Origin: Raillietiella orientalis
Taxonomy: Eukaryota
DNA length: 64,000 nucleotides
Assembly (NCBI GenBank): GCA_036172245.1
Contig: JAYWIR010000005.1
Location: forward strand, 5,332,001 to 5,396,000
Direction of reading: 5' to 3'
Positions 11,627-23,483 of this stretch are shown here, one piece after another. The number at the start of each line of letters is the position of its first letter. The first letter of the stretch is position 1. Under the pieces are notes generated by a model. It searched no databases and was not told the origin of the DNA. It worked only from the letters and a program-made list of their open reading frames with translations. Both the position numbers and the translations under genes were made by a program.

Positions 11627-12712
11627 AGTCCTCTCCGGGACAACGCCACCTCTCTGGAATTCCTGCTCGACCTGATGGGGGAATGCTTGGAGGTTCATCG
11701 CGAAAAGGAAGGAACCAACCCTATTAGTCTGTGGATGCTCGTCCAGCTATTTGTGGCCCAGAAATCCAGTGCCAAGGAATTCATAATCCCAGGTAGTGGA
11801 CGTTCCCGCGTATTTTCGTGCTCGAGATCGGAGGAGCCGGAACGGGGTATCTCTCTTTCGCCTCTCCGAGCCCGGAGACCCCACCCGAGAGGTCGGATCT
11901 CGGCTGTCAGCAGAGCCAATGTCGTCGACGGAACTCACGCCGAAACCCCGACCATCGCAGACCTTCTGGACGCGAAGATCGCTCTGCTTTTTTCCCCTGA
12001 TCGTCGGCTTCCTACTCGCTTCCCGGAGTCCTCGATGAGTCTTCCGGAGCTTCGATTGGGTTCGTCTCTGAACAATGGAAGAGTCGGCTGGGAAGACGAA
12101 GCAGGAAAACCGGCAGGACTCCTTCCTTGAACGGACGGAACTACCGCGTAGAAAGAGGAAACGGCTGACTCCTTCGCGCGTCGCCAGAGTCGGTTGACGG
12201 GACTCTGGAAGAGAGCCTACTGACCGTGACAACTGGGCCATCCCCCCCCCCCCCTTCAGCTGTCGTAGAGTTCCTACAGCTGTTTTTCTAGCTACCCTGT
12301 GGTGTGGGATCACCACGCTGGCAAACAACTACAGCCAGCTCGGAGGCGACCGGCAAGTCGACTTGTGTTGTCGCCAGCACGACCATTGCCCGACGAAAAT
12401 CGACCCGTCGCAAAGGCGTTATGGCATCCTCAATCGTTCCTTGGCTCCCATGTAAGGATCTTCTCGGTAACCCTAAGCATCTCCCCTTTCAGCTCTCACT
12501 GCTTATGCGATGAGAGGATGATGGAATGCATGAAGACGGCCAGGAGCCTGATCTCCAAGTTCATAGGGGTCTTCTTCTTCAACGTCTTCCAAATTCCGTG
12601 CTTGGAGTCACGAGTGACATCTCCGTGCATCCAAACCAACCAAAGTGAAACCTGCGACGTGGAAAGCAGAGAAGAGCATATCATGGTCGTCCCGACCAAG
12701 AAGAAATTCTAA
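11627..12712 (+). CDS. Group III (bee-venom-type) secreted phospholipase A2, last three exons; 5' exons unresolved
   Basis: Exons 11627-11792, 12292-12451 and 12493-12712 with phase-consistent GT-AG introns (499 and 41 nt). They give FIIPATLWCGITTLANNYSQLGGDRQVDLCCRQHDHCP...ISHCLCDERMMECMK...FFFNVFQIPCL, matching group III motifs (WCG, DxCCRxHDxC, CxCD, FN..C). A possible upstream exon lies near 11065-11205. Confidence 0.9.
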
Positions 12713-12733
12713 CCTGGCGAAAGATGTTATTGG

Positions 12734-13444
12734 TCACAGCACTCCGAGCCAGGCTTCTACTACGTGCCGAATCTTCTCCGGACGGATGGTGCTAACAGTG
12801 TGAGCACAACGGGCGGCATCTTTGCCTGAACTCCCTTTCCTGATGAGGGCTTCCTCTTCGTATTTTTGCAATGAAAAGCCTGAATTCTTCTCCTACCACG
12901 TTCGAAGGGTCAAGTTATTAATGGTGCCATGCTCTTCTGGCATTGGTACCAGGTGCGTGAGAATGCTGCCACAGGTGGCCTTCCAGAGAGCAGAGTTTGT
13001 CCAGTTACACATTGCTGGGCATCCTGAACAGATTTCGATGTTTGTTCAAATTCATTAGGGGGCATTTATTTCCCAACCATTGTGTTCATTTCGTGCTTGC
13101 AATTGTATACTGATACATAGGTATATGTACACATGAGAGCGCACACACGATAGCTGATGACTTTTCAACCCTCGCTGTACCATCAGGGCTGCACTATCAC
13201 AAAACAATGAGAGGTCATGCTTCCGTCATGCGACTACGGTAACTCGCTGCTTCCCCCGATCCCATATTTGTAGACCAAAGTTACTCTTTTCCCTTCAGCT
13301 TGCTTATCTTCGACAGTAGAGATCGAGAAAGGGCATTTTCCAAAGCAAAATTCATTGCTTCCACGACCAGACGAATGTATTCGTGTGCGCCTGTTCCCTG
13401 GATGAAGAAAACCTTCTTTTGAGGAATGCAATCCTTACCAAATC
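12734..13444 (-). CDS. Candidate 3' exons of an unidentified multi-exon gene convergent with the PLA2
   Basis: Exon-like segments 13444-13285 (FGKDCIPQKKVFFIQGTGAHEYIRLVVEAMNFALENALSR...), 13023-12950 (CPAMCNWTNSALWKATCGSILTHL) and 12892-12734 (EKNSG...IRPEKIRHVVEAWLGVL*). The last two join in phase across a 57-nt GT-AG intron. The first join could not be phased. Confidence 0.35.
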
Positions 13445-14991
13445 CTGATCGCTTGTTGGTTTCTTATGATTTTTTTTTTTTTTTTTTTTTTTTACAAAAC
13501 ACACACACTCAATGCTGGATTCTTTTTGTCTGAAGATGCGATGAATGTTTCCGATGTGCGCACAAACTTCCCTGCTGCTGAAAAAAAAAACAAAACCAAA
13601 ACGACCAGATCTGAAGATGATCTGCAACGACACATATTCTCCCGGGAGATGCCCAAATCAGTCTACTCGTGCTCTCATTTCTTGATTTTTAGAATGCCAC
13701 ACTCTGCTTCGGTCGCTCCGTTGCTGTGGTCATGCGTTTCTAGAAAGCATCATACGGTTCGACAGTCAGCTACCTCATGACCACATCTTTACAGCCCTCG
13801 AAGCTTTCGATACATTTTACGCACTCAACGGTCTGCTGGCTCACGTTCCCACCTCCATCTCATGAGTCTCAACCGCGTTTAATAACCGCAAAACGGTTGC
13901 TTCGCTTCATACTGCCAAAAGTCTAAAGCCACGATTTAGGCTCTTGAGCACACCACCATGAACTTCATTCGTTTCCTGCCCTCCTCTTTTTCCCCAATGG
14001 GCGATCGCGCAACCAAGACCCTGTTAATTATAACACGCGTCAAAAACAAAAAGGACACAAGCAACGAAACGGAACCGATGGACGAACGAACCTCCGGTAC
14101 GGTGTATGATGTACACAGTTCGAGTATACCTCGTGCCACGGCAGCGACCAATTCGATGACTCCAATGCCTTCCACGGCGGACCCACGGGTCACGAAACGA
14201 CTCCCGTCGCTCCCTCCGCTGGACCAGCTCGCTCTTTCTGCAAAGAGTGCTACGTTCGAAAACGGAAAGCACTCTCTACAGGTGCTCTGGAAATAAGCCC
14301 GGCTTGATTTCTGATGACCGTTGCTAAAAGGGACAAACACACACACACACACACACACCAGTCTCGCGCTCTACGTTTGTTTTTCGAGTAACGAGTAACA
14401 CCATGATAATTTCTTTATAAAGTCCCAATACCTTCACGGAAAATCAAATGGATGGTACAGAATTATACGAGCTGCGCCGATTAAATTAACTCTTCCAATC
14501 TGAAACACGTTTAATTACATTAAATGTATTGAGAACATGATGGAAATCATATTCCTTAACTGATTATGGTTATTATGCTGACGCACAGTCACGTTTACTC
14601 TTCAGGAACACAAAATTGCCTCAATGCTACCGGCAAAACGGACGTAATAATAAAAAGAATAAATGATTGCTATTGATGATGATCGAATCTCTCTTCACAA
14701 CGGAAAACTGAACTCGGAAAAGACAAATAAGCATACAGATGAATAGGATTCACGGATGAATTCATTGTGGGTTTTCCTCTTTTCTGAGATGCTTTGGTCC
14801 TTTTTCTCGTTTCGTGTATGTGCGGCGCTGTTTCCCTCCAAATGATGTGTTTCCTCCAGAGGAGCTTCTCGTTCGTCAAGCAGTACAATGTTTCTGTTAA
14901 ACAAAAGGAAAGAAGAAACTCAATACTTCGATAGACACTCCATACTTTTGCATCTCACTAACTTCTCTTCTACATGTTTATTTGCAATGCG

Positions 14992-15022
<31 letters not shown>

Positions 15023-16600
15023 TCCGAGGATGCAAAGATTCGGAAACATTTGAAAAGAATCACAAGCACTTGGCTATGCTCGCATGGAGTCTAAATGCAG
15101 GGCTGGTGTCATCGGGGACCTTTGTGTGTGTGTGTTTTCTTCTCTCTTTTTTCCTTTTTTTGTTAGAAAACTGAACAAAGAATGCGAAACCATTGCAGCA
15201 CTGTTTTGTAAAAAAAAAAAAAAATTGTAAAGGGTCGCGGAGAGGTGTGCAAATTTATGCGAAGGAGCTGCTTATAGCAACCGACGCTCCATGTCGACCA
15301 CACGAACTCGTGTGAGACGCATCGCTGAGCATCGCCGAGGAATTCAGGCTGGACCACAGCGCGCAACGAACAACTCCCGACGCTGGGCAACGAACAACTC
15401 CTGATGCTGCGCCTGTTCCAAACAATCAACATCGGTCTTGACAGGCAAAGTTCCAAAGATTAACAGATCACCGCTCGAGAAAGAGCAGGAAAGAGAAGAA
15501 GAAAAAAAACTCTGAGCAAAAAGCATACACGCGCACGCTCAAAAAAAAAAAAAAAAATTGGAAAATTTTCCTAACTAGTGGTTTACATGTCAAAACTGCT
15601 CTGCGCACGCTTCCTCCCCCTCCCAAACTCTTAGAATGTAGTCATTCAGGTAAGTCATGTGTCTCAGGGTGCATTTCAGCGACATCTGCTGGGAGGAAAC
15701 GCGCTCACGGCGGCGGGCCATCCACGCGAATCGGTGTTTTGCATGAATAAACATCAGATAACACTGTGAGGGGAATCCGACCCACTCCACGGTTAGGCAA
15801 TTTGCATACCTGAGGTAGCAGCAGATCAGAGACCGGGCGCTCGCAGAGATCACGGCGAACTCGCTCTAAGCAGCAGGAGGCATCGAAGAAGCCTCGGACC
15901 TGCCTGTTTCCGGGGAGAGTCTTACGCCGCGTGACTCTGGTAGCCCTTGGAAGCCCCGACTCACCTTGGGACAGCGAGCTTTCCTGCGCACGCTTTGCTT
16001 AGCCGGTGAAGTGAACTGCGGTCTCCGAAGGCAGGCGCAGCGATGGCCTCTTGCGCGACTTGGGTGAGAGGCAAACAATTCCAGATGAAGGGAGTGTGAG
16101 GGAGAAAGCGAGGAAGAGAAAGAAGAATGTCAATTGAGCTTCCAGGTTTCGTTGTCCTGGGATCCGCTGTCGGCCACGCGGGGCAACTTACAGCTTGGAA
16201 GTTTGGGGCACATGGAAATGGGAACCGGTGTGGCAGCCAGAAGAGCGAGCCTAGTTCCACACACACACTGTAATCCTCGTGCGTGGATGCTGATAAGCCA
16301 CGTTCGGAAGTCTCTGCCGCCGCTCTGCTTCGGTCCGACGATACGTTGCTCTCTGATCTATGACAAGCATCAGCTGGTTACAATGTGGAATTCTGGATGC
16401 GAACTTTTCCAGGTGCTCGAGTTTTCTTGAGCTGCAGAGCCTCACCACGACGGATCTTTCATCCTCGGTGCTCTTCCATGTTTTGTTTTGTTTTTTTGAA
16501 AAAGGGCCAGTAGCGACCTCACGGGGAGATCCTTACTGTCGGCCAAATGAGCCAATAGTAACGATCTGATAGTAACGACCCAATAGTAACGAGATGATTA

Positions 16601-17350
16601 TCACTCGGTTATTCTGGAGCATCTATTACGTAAGGTAATAAAAGTGCATTGGTGTGGTAGAACTGTTGGTTCTATCACGCGCAATGAACCTGCCGCAGAC
16701 CTGCGAGGTCCGCTTCGGCAGCATAGGGGAAGGGAAAAGAAAACACATAAAAAGGGTAGGGAGCAATCGAGGAGAGGATTGCGACACGCTGCCAGGTGTC
16801 CTCTGCATCCTGTTCATGATGTCGGCAAGTTCCCCGTCCGTGTCTCGCCTAGGTGGGGTCATCTCGAGGTGGTCCTCAGGAAGATCCGCGCCCAGTGGAT
16901 GGCATCCCCGCCGTTTCAGCCTCGTCTCCTGGCGTTCCAGGCCGCCGTGATTCCGCGAAGACAGCAGAGGACTGAGAGGGACGCGGCTGGCGGTAGTGCG
17001 GCGGCACGCGCGGGGAGGCGTATGAAAATGTCCCTGGGGCTGCCCATCGGGATTACAAGGGTTGTCGCGAGGCGATTCCAAAGGGGTTAGAGGGTAGCAC
17101 AGCCCAACAACAGGTGCGGGAAAGGGACCTTCCTGCACCTGTCGCACCCTGAGTCTATGCTCCCCTCCCTCACCCTCATGTCCAATGATGAAGGTGCGCT
17201 TTGTACACCAGCAATTCCAGCTCCTGCCGCTTGAGAGGGAGGGAGCCACTGTTCCAGCACGCTGGGAGCCACTTCACCTCATCTGGAGGGATGCTAAGCA
17301 GCTCTCCCCAGCGTACAAGTCCTTGGGGTGGGACACTTGGGGTCGCGGCG
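16601..17350 (-). mobile_element. Decayed L1/Tx1-like LINE 3' fragment (ORF2 C-terminus plus 3' UTR)
   Basis: Translates to VRWGELLSIPPDEVK and CDRCRKVPFPHLLLGC, similar to RRWGELLGIPLDDLK and CAVCG..HLLVDC of the RT element at 41.6-44 kb. Ends in a variant of the family's terminal motif (aatagatgctccagaataaccgagtga). Confidence 0.65.
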
Positions 17351-17679
17351 TGACGAGATGGTGGAAATCCGTTTGGGATTCTTTTCTGTTGCCGCCGTTT
17401 TCCTTCCAGCTTTCTTCCCTTTCTTTTAAGGATTTTCTTTTTTGGGCTGTTCGCCAAGTACTGAAGAACAGCCGGTCACCTTAGGGAGGTGCTCACGAAG
17501 TTCTTTAGCATTGTTTACGCCAACCGAGAGTGCGTGTGACTCTTCCTCAAATTATAGGGGGTAACCCGGGAGGGACCACCTTATGAATCCAGGAAGACTC
17601 TGGAGAAAGGAGTACTTTCTTCTTACCCTTGGGGGGAAACCCCGAAGGGAACCATCGTCCTGGTTGTCCCCGATTTCCA

Positions 17680-18400
17680 CACGGACACGTGGGCGCGTTT
17701 CTTGAAATTTTAAAGAAACTCCTATATTGTGGCAGGGCACGTGATCCTACCACACGCCACTGTGGTCCACGGACCTGCCGGGTAGCCAGTGTGCAGAGCG
17801 GCGGGGCTTCCCTCGGCAGCGGATGGCGATGGGAGAAAACAAAAAGAGTAAATAACAATAAATAAACATCTTTGGGAGGGTCGACAAGGGACCACTGTCC
17901 GCTGGAGGGAATCTGCATCCTTTCCAGGGTGCCGGCTCGGTCCGTCGGAATAGGTCCCAGGCAGGGGTCATCTGGCCGCTGGCCTCAGGAAGCGAACTGC
18001 GAACCGGACGGCATCCCTCCCGTCTCTCCCTCTCTCGGCTTCGCTCCAGGTGGTCACGATCCCGCGGATGCAACGAAGAGCTGCTGGGGCTGCGGTTGGC
18101 TGCAGGGAGTCCCGCGTGAAGAGGAGCCTTGAAACGTCCCTAAGAGTGCCAACCGGGATCCGAAAGGTCGTTCCGATACGTTCCCACGGGGTTTGGAAAG
18201 CAACACGGTTCAGGAGCAGGTGCGGGAGAGATTCCCGTTCTCCGCACCTGCGGCAGTCCGGGCTCACCCTCCCCAGCGTCCAGTGGTGCTGCCGGCGTGC
18301 GCTGCAGGGAAGACCCCGGTTGCAACAGTGGTGCAAGTGCCAACACTTCAGTGGAAGCGGGAGCTGCTCTTTTGAGCACTGGAGGCCATTCCAGGTCTTC
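17680..18400 (-). mobile_element. L1/Tx1-like LINE 3' fragment
   Basis: CRRCGERESLPHLLLN...WERIGTTFRIPVGTLRDVSRLLF (C-terminal Cys/His motif), followed by a U-rich 3' UTR homologous to 41560-42250 and 45400-45985. Confidence 0.8.
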
Positions 18401-18409
18401 GCTAACCTT

Positions 18410-18872
18410 CGTTCCTCTCACGCCTAGGAGGGATCCTCGAAAGGAAGCCCCACCCTGGTCGTCTTCGAAGTGAATCCGGAAAGGATCCGCTCCTTGTTTC
18501 CTCCTCTGAAGAGAACCCCGAAGGGACGCTCCCCAATCTCCTGTGAAGGGTCGGCCCTGAAGGGAGCAGTGCACTTCACACTCTGGAGAGGTATCGATCC
18601 ACCAACTCCAAGGTATGAGATGGGGAGGATCCCCCTGAAAAATAGGGACGTCTCCATTTGCACAACCGGGATGGACCCCGAAGGGTGAAATTCCAATCCC
18701 GGCCAATCATCGGGGCCATCCGGTTTTATTGGCTAGCAGTATTGCATCCGAACAGAGACTAACCAGCATCATCTTGCGGGAGGAACTCGAATCCACGATG
18801 CACCCATTTCCCTGGTGGGATTCGAACCCTTGGGGCCACGCGCTGAGACCTCAGCCACGTGACCTTCGACGC
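18410..18872 (-). mobile_element. tRNA-headed, hairpin-rich SINE-like repeat, copy 3 (tail piece at 17545-17672)
   Basis: B-box gggttcgaatccc (18817-18829, -). Body visibly aligns with copies at 52065-52531 and 52886-53705 (e.g. gcgtgagaggaacg, ttcagaggag, cttcctggattcata). Confidence 0.75.
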
Positions 18873-20269
18873 TGCCAGGAAGTCCTTGCACTTTTTGCTC
18901 CAGGAGAAATGGCGATTCATATCTGCTCCTGCATTTCCAGCCCTAGACACAACATATCTCTGGACACTTTCTCGCCTCACCCGTCTCCACGTCGAAGAGC
19001 CAAGTAGACCCATCCTCGGAAGGCAGGTCTGGAAGGCACTGTTGAGACGGGATGAAGCTTTCTTTGGATGGAACTCTGAAAAAGAGAAGGGGACGGGTCG
19101 CGGGAGCATGCCGAGCAGTCTGTTGTTTTCTGTGCGGAGAACTCAAGGTGGCACATCCGTACACGGACATGCACGGACATGCGGGAGGCTCCCTAGCATC
19201 TGTTCCTTGAGGAAGGTGAGTAAAGGCAACTGCGAACAGTAACCGCACTTTTACCGGTGGCACTTCAGGAGATTCTGCATTCCTGAAAAATTCACTTACT
19301 CATGGGAGGATTTCGAAGTCCTTGAGTCATGAATCCACGAATGGTGTTTAGGTAGACTAGGGTTTGAATGGTCCATTTTCAGCATGAGAGATAAAAGGAA
19401 GCGAGTTCAGAGGATGGGCATCCTAAAAAAATGTCGATGCGGACTGCATGCCAACGGGATGCTCGGCGCCATGGGAAAAGGAAACACATGTTTGCTCCAC
19501 TTCAGACTCCGTTTTTCATTGCAGCTCTTTCAGTATTCGAGGAACTGAAACACGAAGAAACAGAGAACAAGTACTGAGCCCATGAAAACCCCTGATGTTC
19601 AGCTTGCCACCATGGTCCTCCCTTACAATCAGTTTTGATAGACTGAGCAAGATAATTCCAGGTCTCTATTTCTCACCGTGGTGCATCAACTTTTGTGATT
19701 CTCTCAACAGATAACTACTGCTCTTCAAGGTCCGTACTGATCCCCGGACATCTCAATGGAGCAACTACTGTGTAAAAGAGCTCTTTCATACAAGTATCCT
19801 GCATAAAGCAGCATCTGCCATCTTCATGAGGAGCGAAAAGGAATCGTGAAGGCGCTTCCTGGAATAGCTTTAAGTCGGTTTGAATCCAGGTACTTGTAAG
19901 GGGTCATGTTGAAGTTTCACTGTTTTCGCGTCTGGTTGTGGATGGATCATGGCAGTCATGAGAGTTTAACAGTGATGAAGAGCTCTTCTGAATTGGCTTT
20001 GTCGCATGTTTTCTTCTACTAATAATGCTTACCAGAAGAATCCTTTCATACAAAACGCACAACCATCGTCCGTCCTTATTTATTTATGATTATTCCTGAT
20101 GAGGCAGATCTTACCGACCCAGGTCAACATCATAATCTAGTTGGACCCGATAAAATCTTCTTTGGTAGCGGTGGTGCATCTTTGCAGCTTCTTGAGTCCC
20201 AGACTCCAGCCACTTCACTCTTCGCTATCTACGGATAGTGGTCAGACGGCTCCACCTGGACGTCTATAT

Positions 20270-20558
20270 CAAGCACGACCTTGCCGGCATCCTCCAAAGG
20301 ATGCAGAGGACCGCCCCCAGCAGACTGTGATCCCTTCCCGTACCCTCCCCCCTTCCCAAAAATTGTTTTGTTTTTATTTTCTTTCTTTTTCTTCTTGTTT
20401 CGCCCTTCCTCTCTGCTGCCGTGGTGGACCTCACCGGTCTGCGAACCGGTAAAACGGCAGGGTATGTACGAAAAGGATGTGGTTAGACCGATGGTCCTAC
20501 TGCACAAATTGTAAATGTTTGTTTTATCTTTAAATACATGCCCCAGGGTACCCAGATG
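20270..20558 (+). mobile_element. 3' UTR fragment of the L1/Tx1-like family
   Basis: Shares gatcccttc, the U-rich tract, the ctgccg...accggtctgcgaaccggt...cggcag structure and a terminal-motif variant with the other copies. Confidence 0.7.
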
Positions 20559-20775
20559 AAAGTGGCAGTCCCAGGGAATTGGAATGATTTGCTTTCTTTA
20601 TTTTGTTTTGATTGGGTTTGGCCACTGACGTTTTAGCAATGTGCAGACTCCAGAGAGGCTATTGAGAGATAACTGGACCTACTGGAGTTTTCAATGGACA
20701 AGCAGAGCAGGGCCTCGGCAGTGCAGCCGCCGAGCTGCCCCGCTTCCACACTCCATTTCACCCACCCCCCCGCCC

Positions 20776-23483
20776 CCCCAAGTCGAGTGCGGAACCAAAA
20801 TCAAGCACCGGATTCAGTGGATCCTGTCTGGAAGGCAAGGTTTTAAACCTTCCGAGGATGGGTTTACTTGGCTTCACCCACAGCAGAGGAACGGGGGCTT
20901 CACCGGGGTGATCCGGCGACCCACAAATAAGGTCCCCCCCGGTAAAGATGGTCGCTGTAACTGCACGAACCAAGCTGACAAGTACTCTTTGATCACAAAT
21001 CCTTGCTCACTGTAGTCGAAAACTTAAAAGCTGCATGGGGGGGGGTCCCACTTTTTCAAGGAACGTGCCCTAGCAACCTTCTCTGAAGCTTGAAGAATTT
21101 GTGGCAGCGACAGGAAGAGGGGAATTGGATATAAATGGCGGTACTCTGATGCTCCTGAAGACTTCAGAGATGACCCCATACGATCGGTCGCGAGAGAATG
21201 CTAACTCAGGAGTCCAGAGAAACCGAGATTACTATCCTCATTTTTTTAACCGCCATTTTTTAATAGGGAACGTCTTCCTATTTCAGTGAACGAAAGCAGA
21301 GATTCTTCCTGGTAATCCTTTCGCTGTGGACTCATCTCCTGGAACCCTTCGATGCTGACACTGTCTCACAACAAACTTTGAGTGGTCCATTAGCTGGTGA
21401 GTTGAGAGAGTTCCCAGCTGAGAACGTTCATGTCGTCTGCAGCTCCTCTTCAAGGAGTACAAGGACAACTCCCATTCAATTTCATGCGGATATCCTCATT
21501 TCTCTGGAGTTTATTCGCCAACTAAACTTTGAGCTCATTGGTCTGTGATTCGCCTTTCTGAAGATGTCTGCACGTGATCCGAATGAAAATCCGTTGTTTT
21601 AGAAGGCAAGGAGGCAGCCGCCTTTTGTTTTCATAAGAACCATACACTTCCTTTCATCGACCAGCCGCAAAAGTGTGACTGAGATGCTTTCTCCATGATA
21701 GGACTATTCCATACTATTCATCGAAGCACTGATTATGAAACGAAATCATGCAAGCATGAATTTCACCTAAACGATCTTATTCAAACTGCTTGTGACACTC
21801 TCGAGATTTTGGATTCTGAAGGACAATAGGGATGTCCCAATTACTGTCGAAAGACTTCAGAACCTGCAATTGAGCCTGTCGATGGATGAGTCATGCGTAA
21901 AAGTTCGGCAAATTCTGCACGTCCTAAGCACCGGTCCGAATTTCAATTAGCCTGGCTTGATGGATAAGAGAACGAATCTTACACGGAGAATGTCACTCGT
22001 TCCATGAAGCATCAGTTCTTTCCAAGAGGCAATCATTCATCATTGCCTTGTTCTGGTTGAACTTTTCTCGAAAACCCACCATTTGTGAAGAGAACAAACA
22101 GAAAGTGAGCATGAGTAGCAGAAGATCATTCTTTGCGGTTTCCGGGTCCTTCAGACCACACATTTTGCATGAAGAAAAAACAAAAAGTTCGAACAATGGC
22201 ACTACTCAACTGCGAATTTTTCAAATTTTTAGAATTATATTGATCTTGAAAGCATCCAAAGACCCATTCAAGTTCGGTGCTCTAAAAATAGCATTATGAT
22301 AATCCGTTCACCTTTATTATTATTCATAGCAAAGAATGCAGCTAGTTCTTTTTTTTTGCATTACGATTTTTCGCAATAGCAGAGGTGATCCTTGGCACAC
22401 AATTCTTTTAAAATAGGGTATGCATCTCAAAACAACTGAATTTCAAAAAAGCACAAATGGCATGCACAGCAGCCTCATCAAAACATTGACAGACCGCCAC
22501 TCAGGAAGAGCACGTGAAACCATTAGCAACCGGAGATTGAACAACTTCTGAAAAAGTGACCAATGTTTCAATCAATCTTTATGATCTTAGATACTATTTG
22601 AAAATTGCATTTTTTGCAAGATGAGACATTCCTGCGTCACGCGCTTGAGGAATCTTTTTAACTTAATTTGACCGTTTCCTTGATAAACTGCAGACTGCTG
22701 CGTTACCTATGCTTCTAAATTCAGCACTTCTTAGTTCTAGGCATTGTACAGGGAAATTAGATAAACCGGGAAAACACGTGGCTCTTGTTTTATATTTTGT
22801 CCATAAAGCGTAGATGTTTATTACTAGTGCTAGTCAACATCAACTTCAATGGAAAAATATCTAAGAACAGACTGAAAAGGAACACCTGAAATGGACATCG
22901 TCTTCTCAGGCTTTTTAAAATAGAAATAACGACACCCATTCCATTATTTCTCTCTTTTCTTCATTCCCAGTAGTTTCATTTCTTTTCTACGAATTGAATA
23001 AAGGAAAATGCTCCTAACTCGTCCTTGCTCGCTTTTCTTCGCATGTCTAAGATAAAAAAAAGATTATTGTCAAAGTATCAGTTGATACTTCATCATGATT
23101 ACCATAACAGTTATTCTTGCCTTCAGATCACCGTTCAGCTGCATGAAGCATTCTGGCAGCTGTTTGAAGTACTCTAACAAGGTGACAATACATATCACTG
23201 AATGGTGATCCGAATTCTTCACTTCATCAGTCCTCTGCTGATTATAACTGTTGTTGTAAAGGCATCGGATAGATCCTAGTCGCAGGCCTCACGTGGGACC
23301 TGCTCCTTGTAGAGTATGTGCCGTCTAGTCTTTCCAATTTGCTAATCACTCTAATGAAATCACAATCGTGATTCAGTGTTCCACAGGCATGCAAATGGAT
23401 TTCAGTCTCTAATTCCCTACTTGCTTTCCGGACAAGATCCACTGAATCCGGTGCTTGATTTTGGTTCCGCACTCGACTTGGGG
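20776..23483. repeat. Pair of inverted repeats (48-bp perfect core, about 80 bp imperfect) about 2.6 kb apart
   Basis: 20776-20823 (ccccaagtcgagtgcggaaccaaaatcaagcaccggattcagtggatc) is the exact reverse complement of 23436-23483; similarity extends about 16 nt inward with mismatches. Confidence 0.9.

Noticed and set aside
12893..12895. Stop-codon readthrough in the minus-strand frame
   Set aside because: The TAG is more simply the acceptor of a 57-nt intron.
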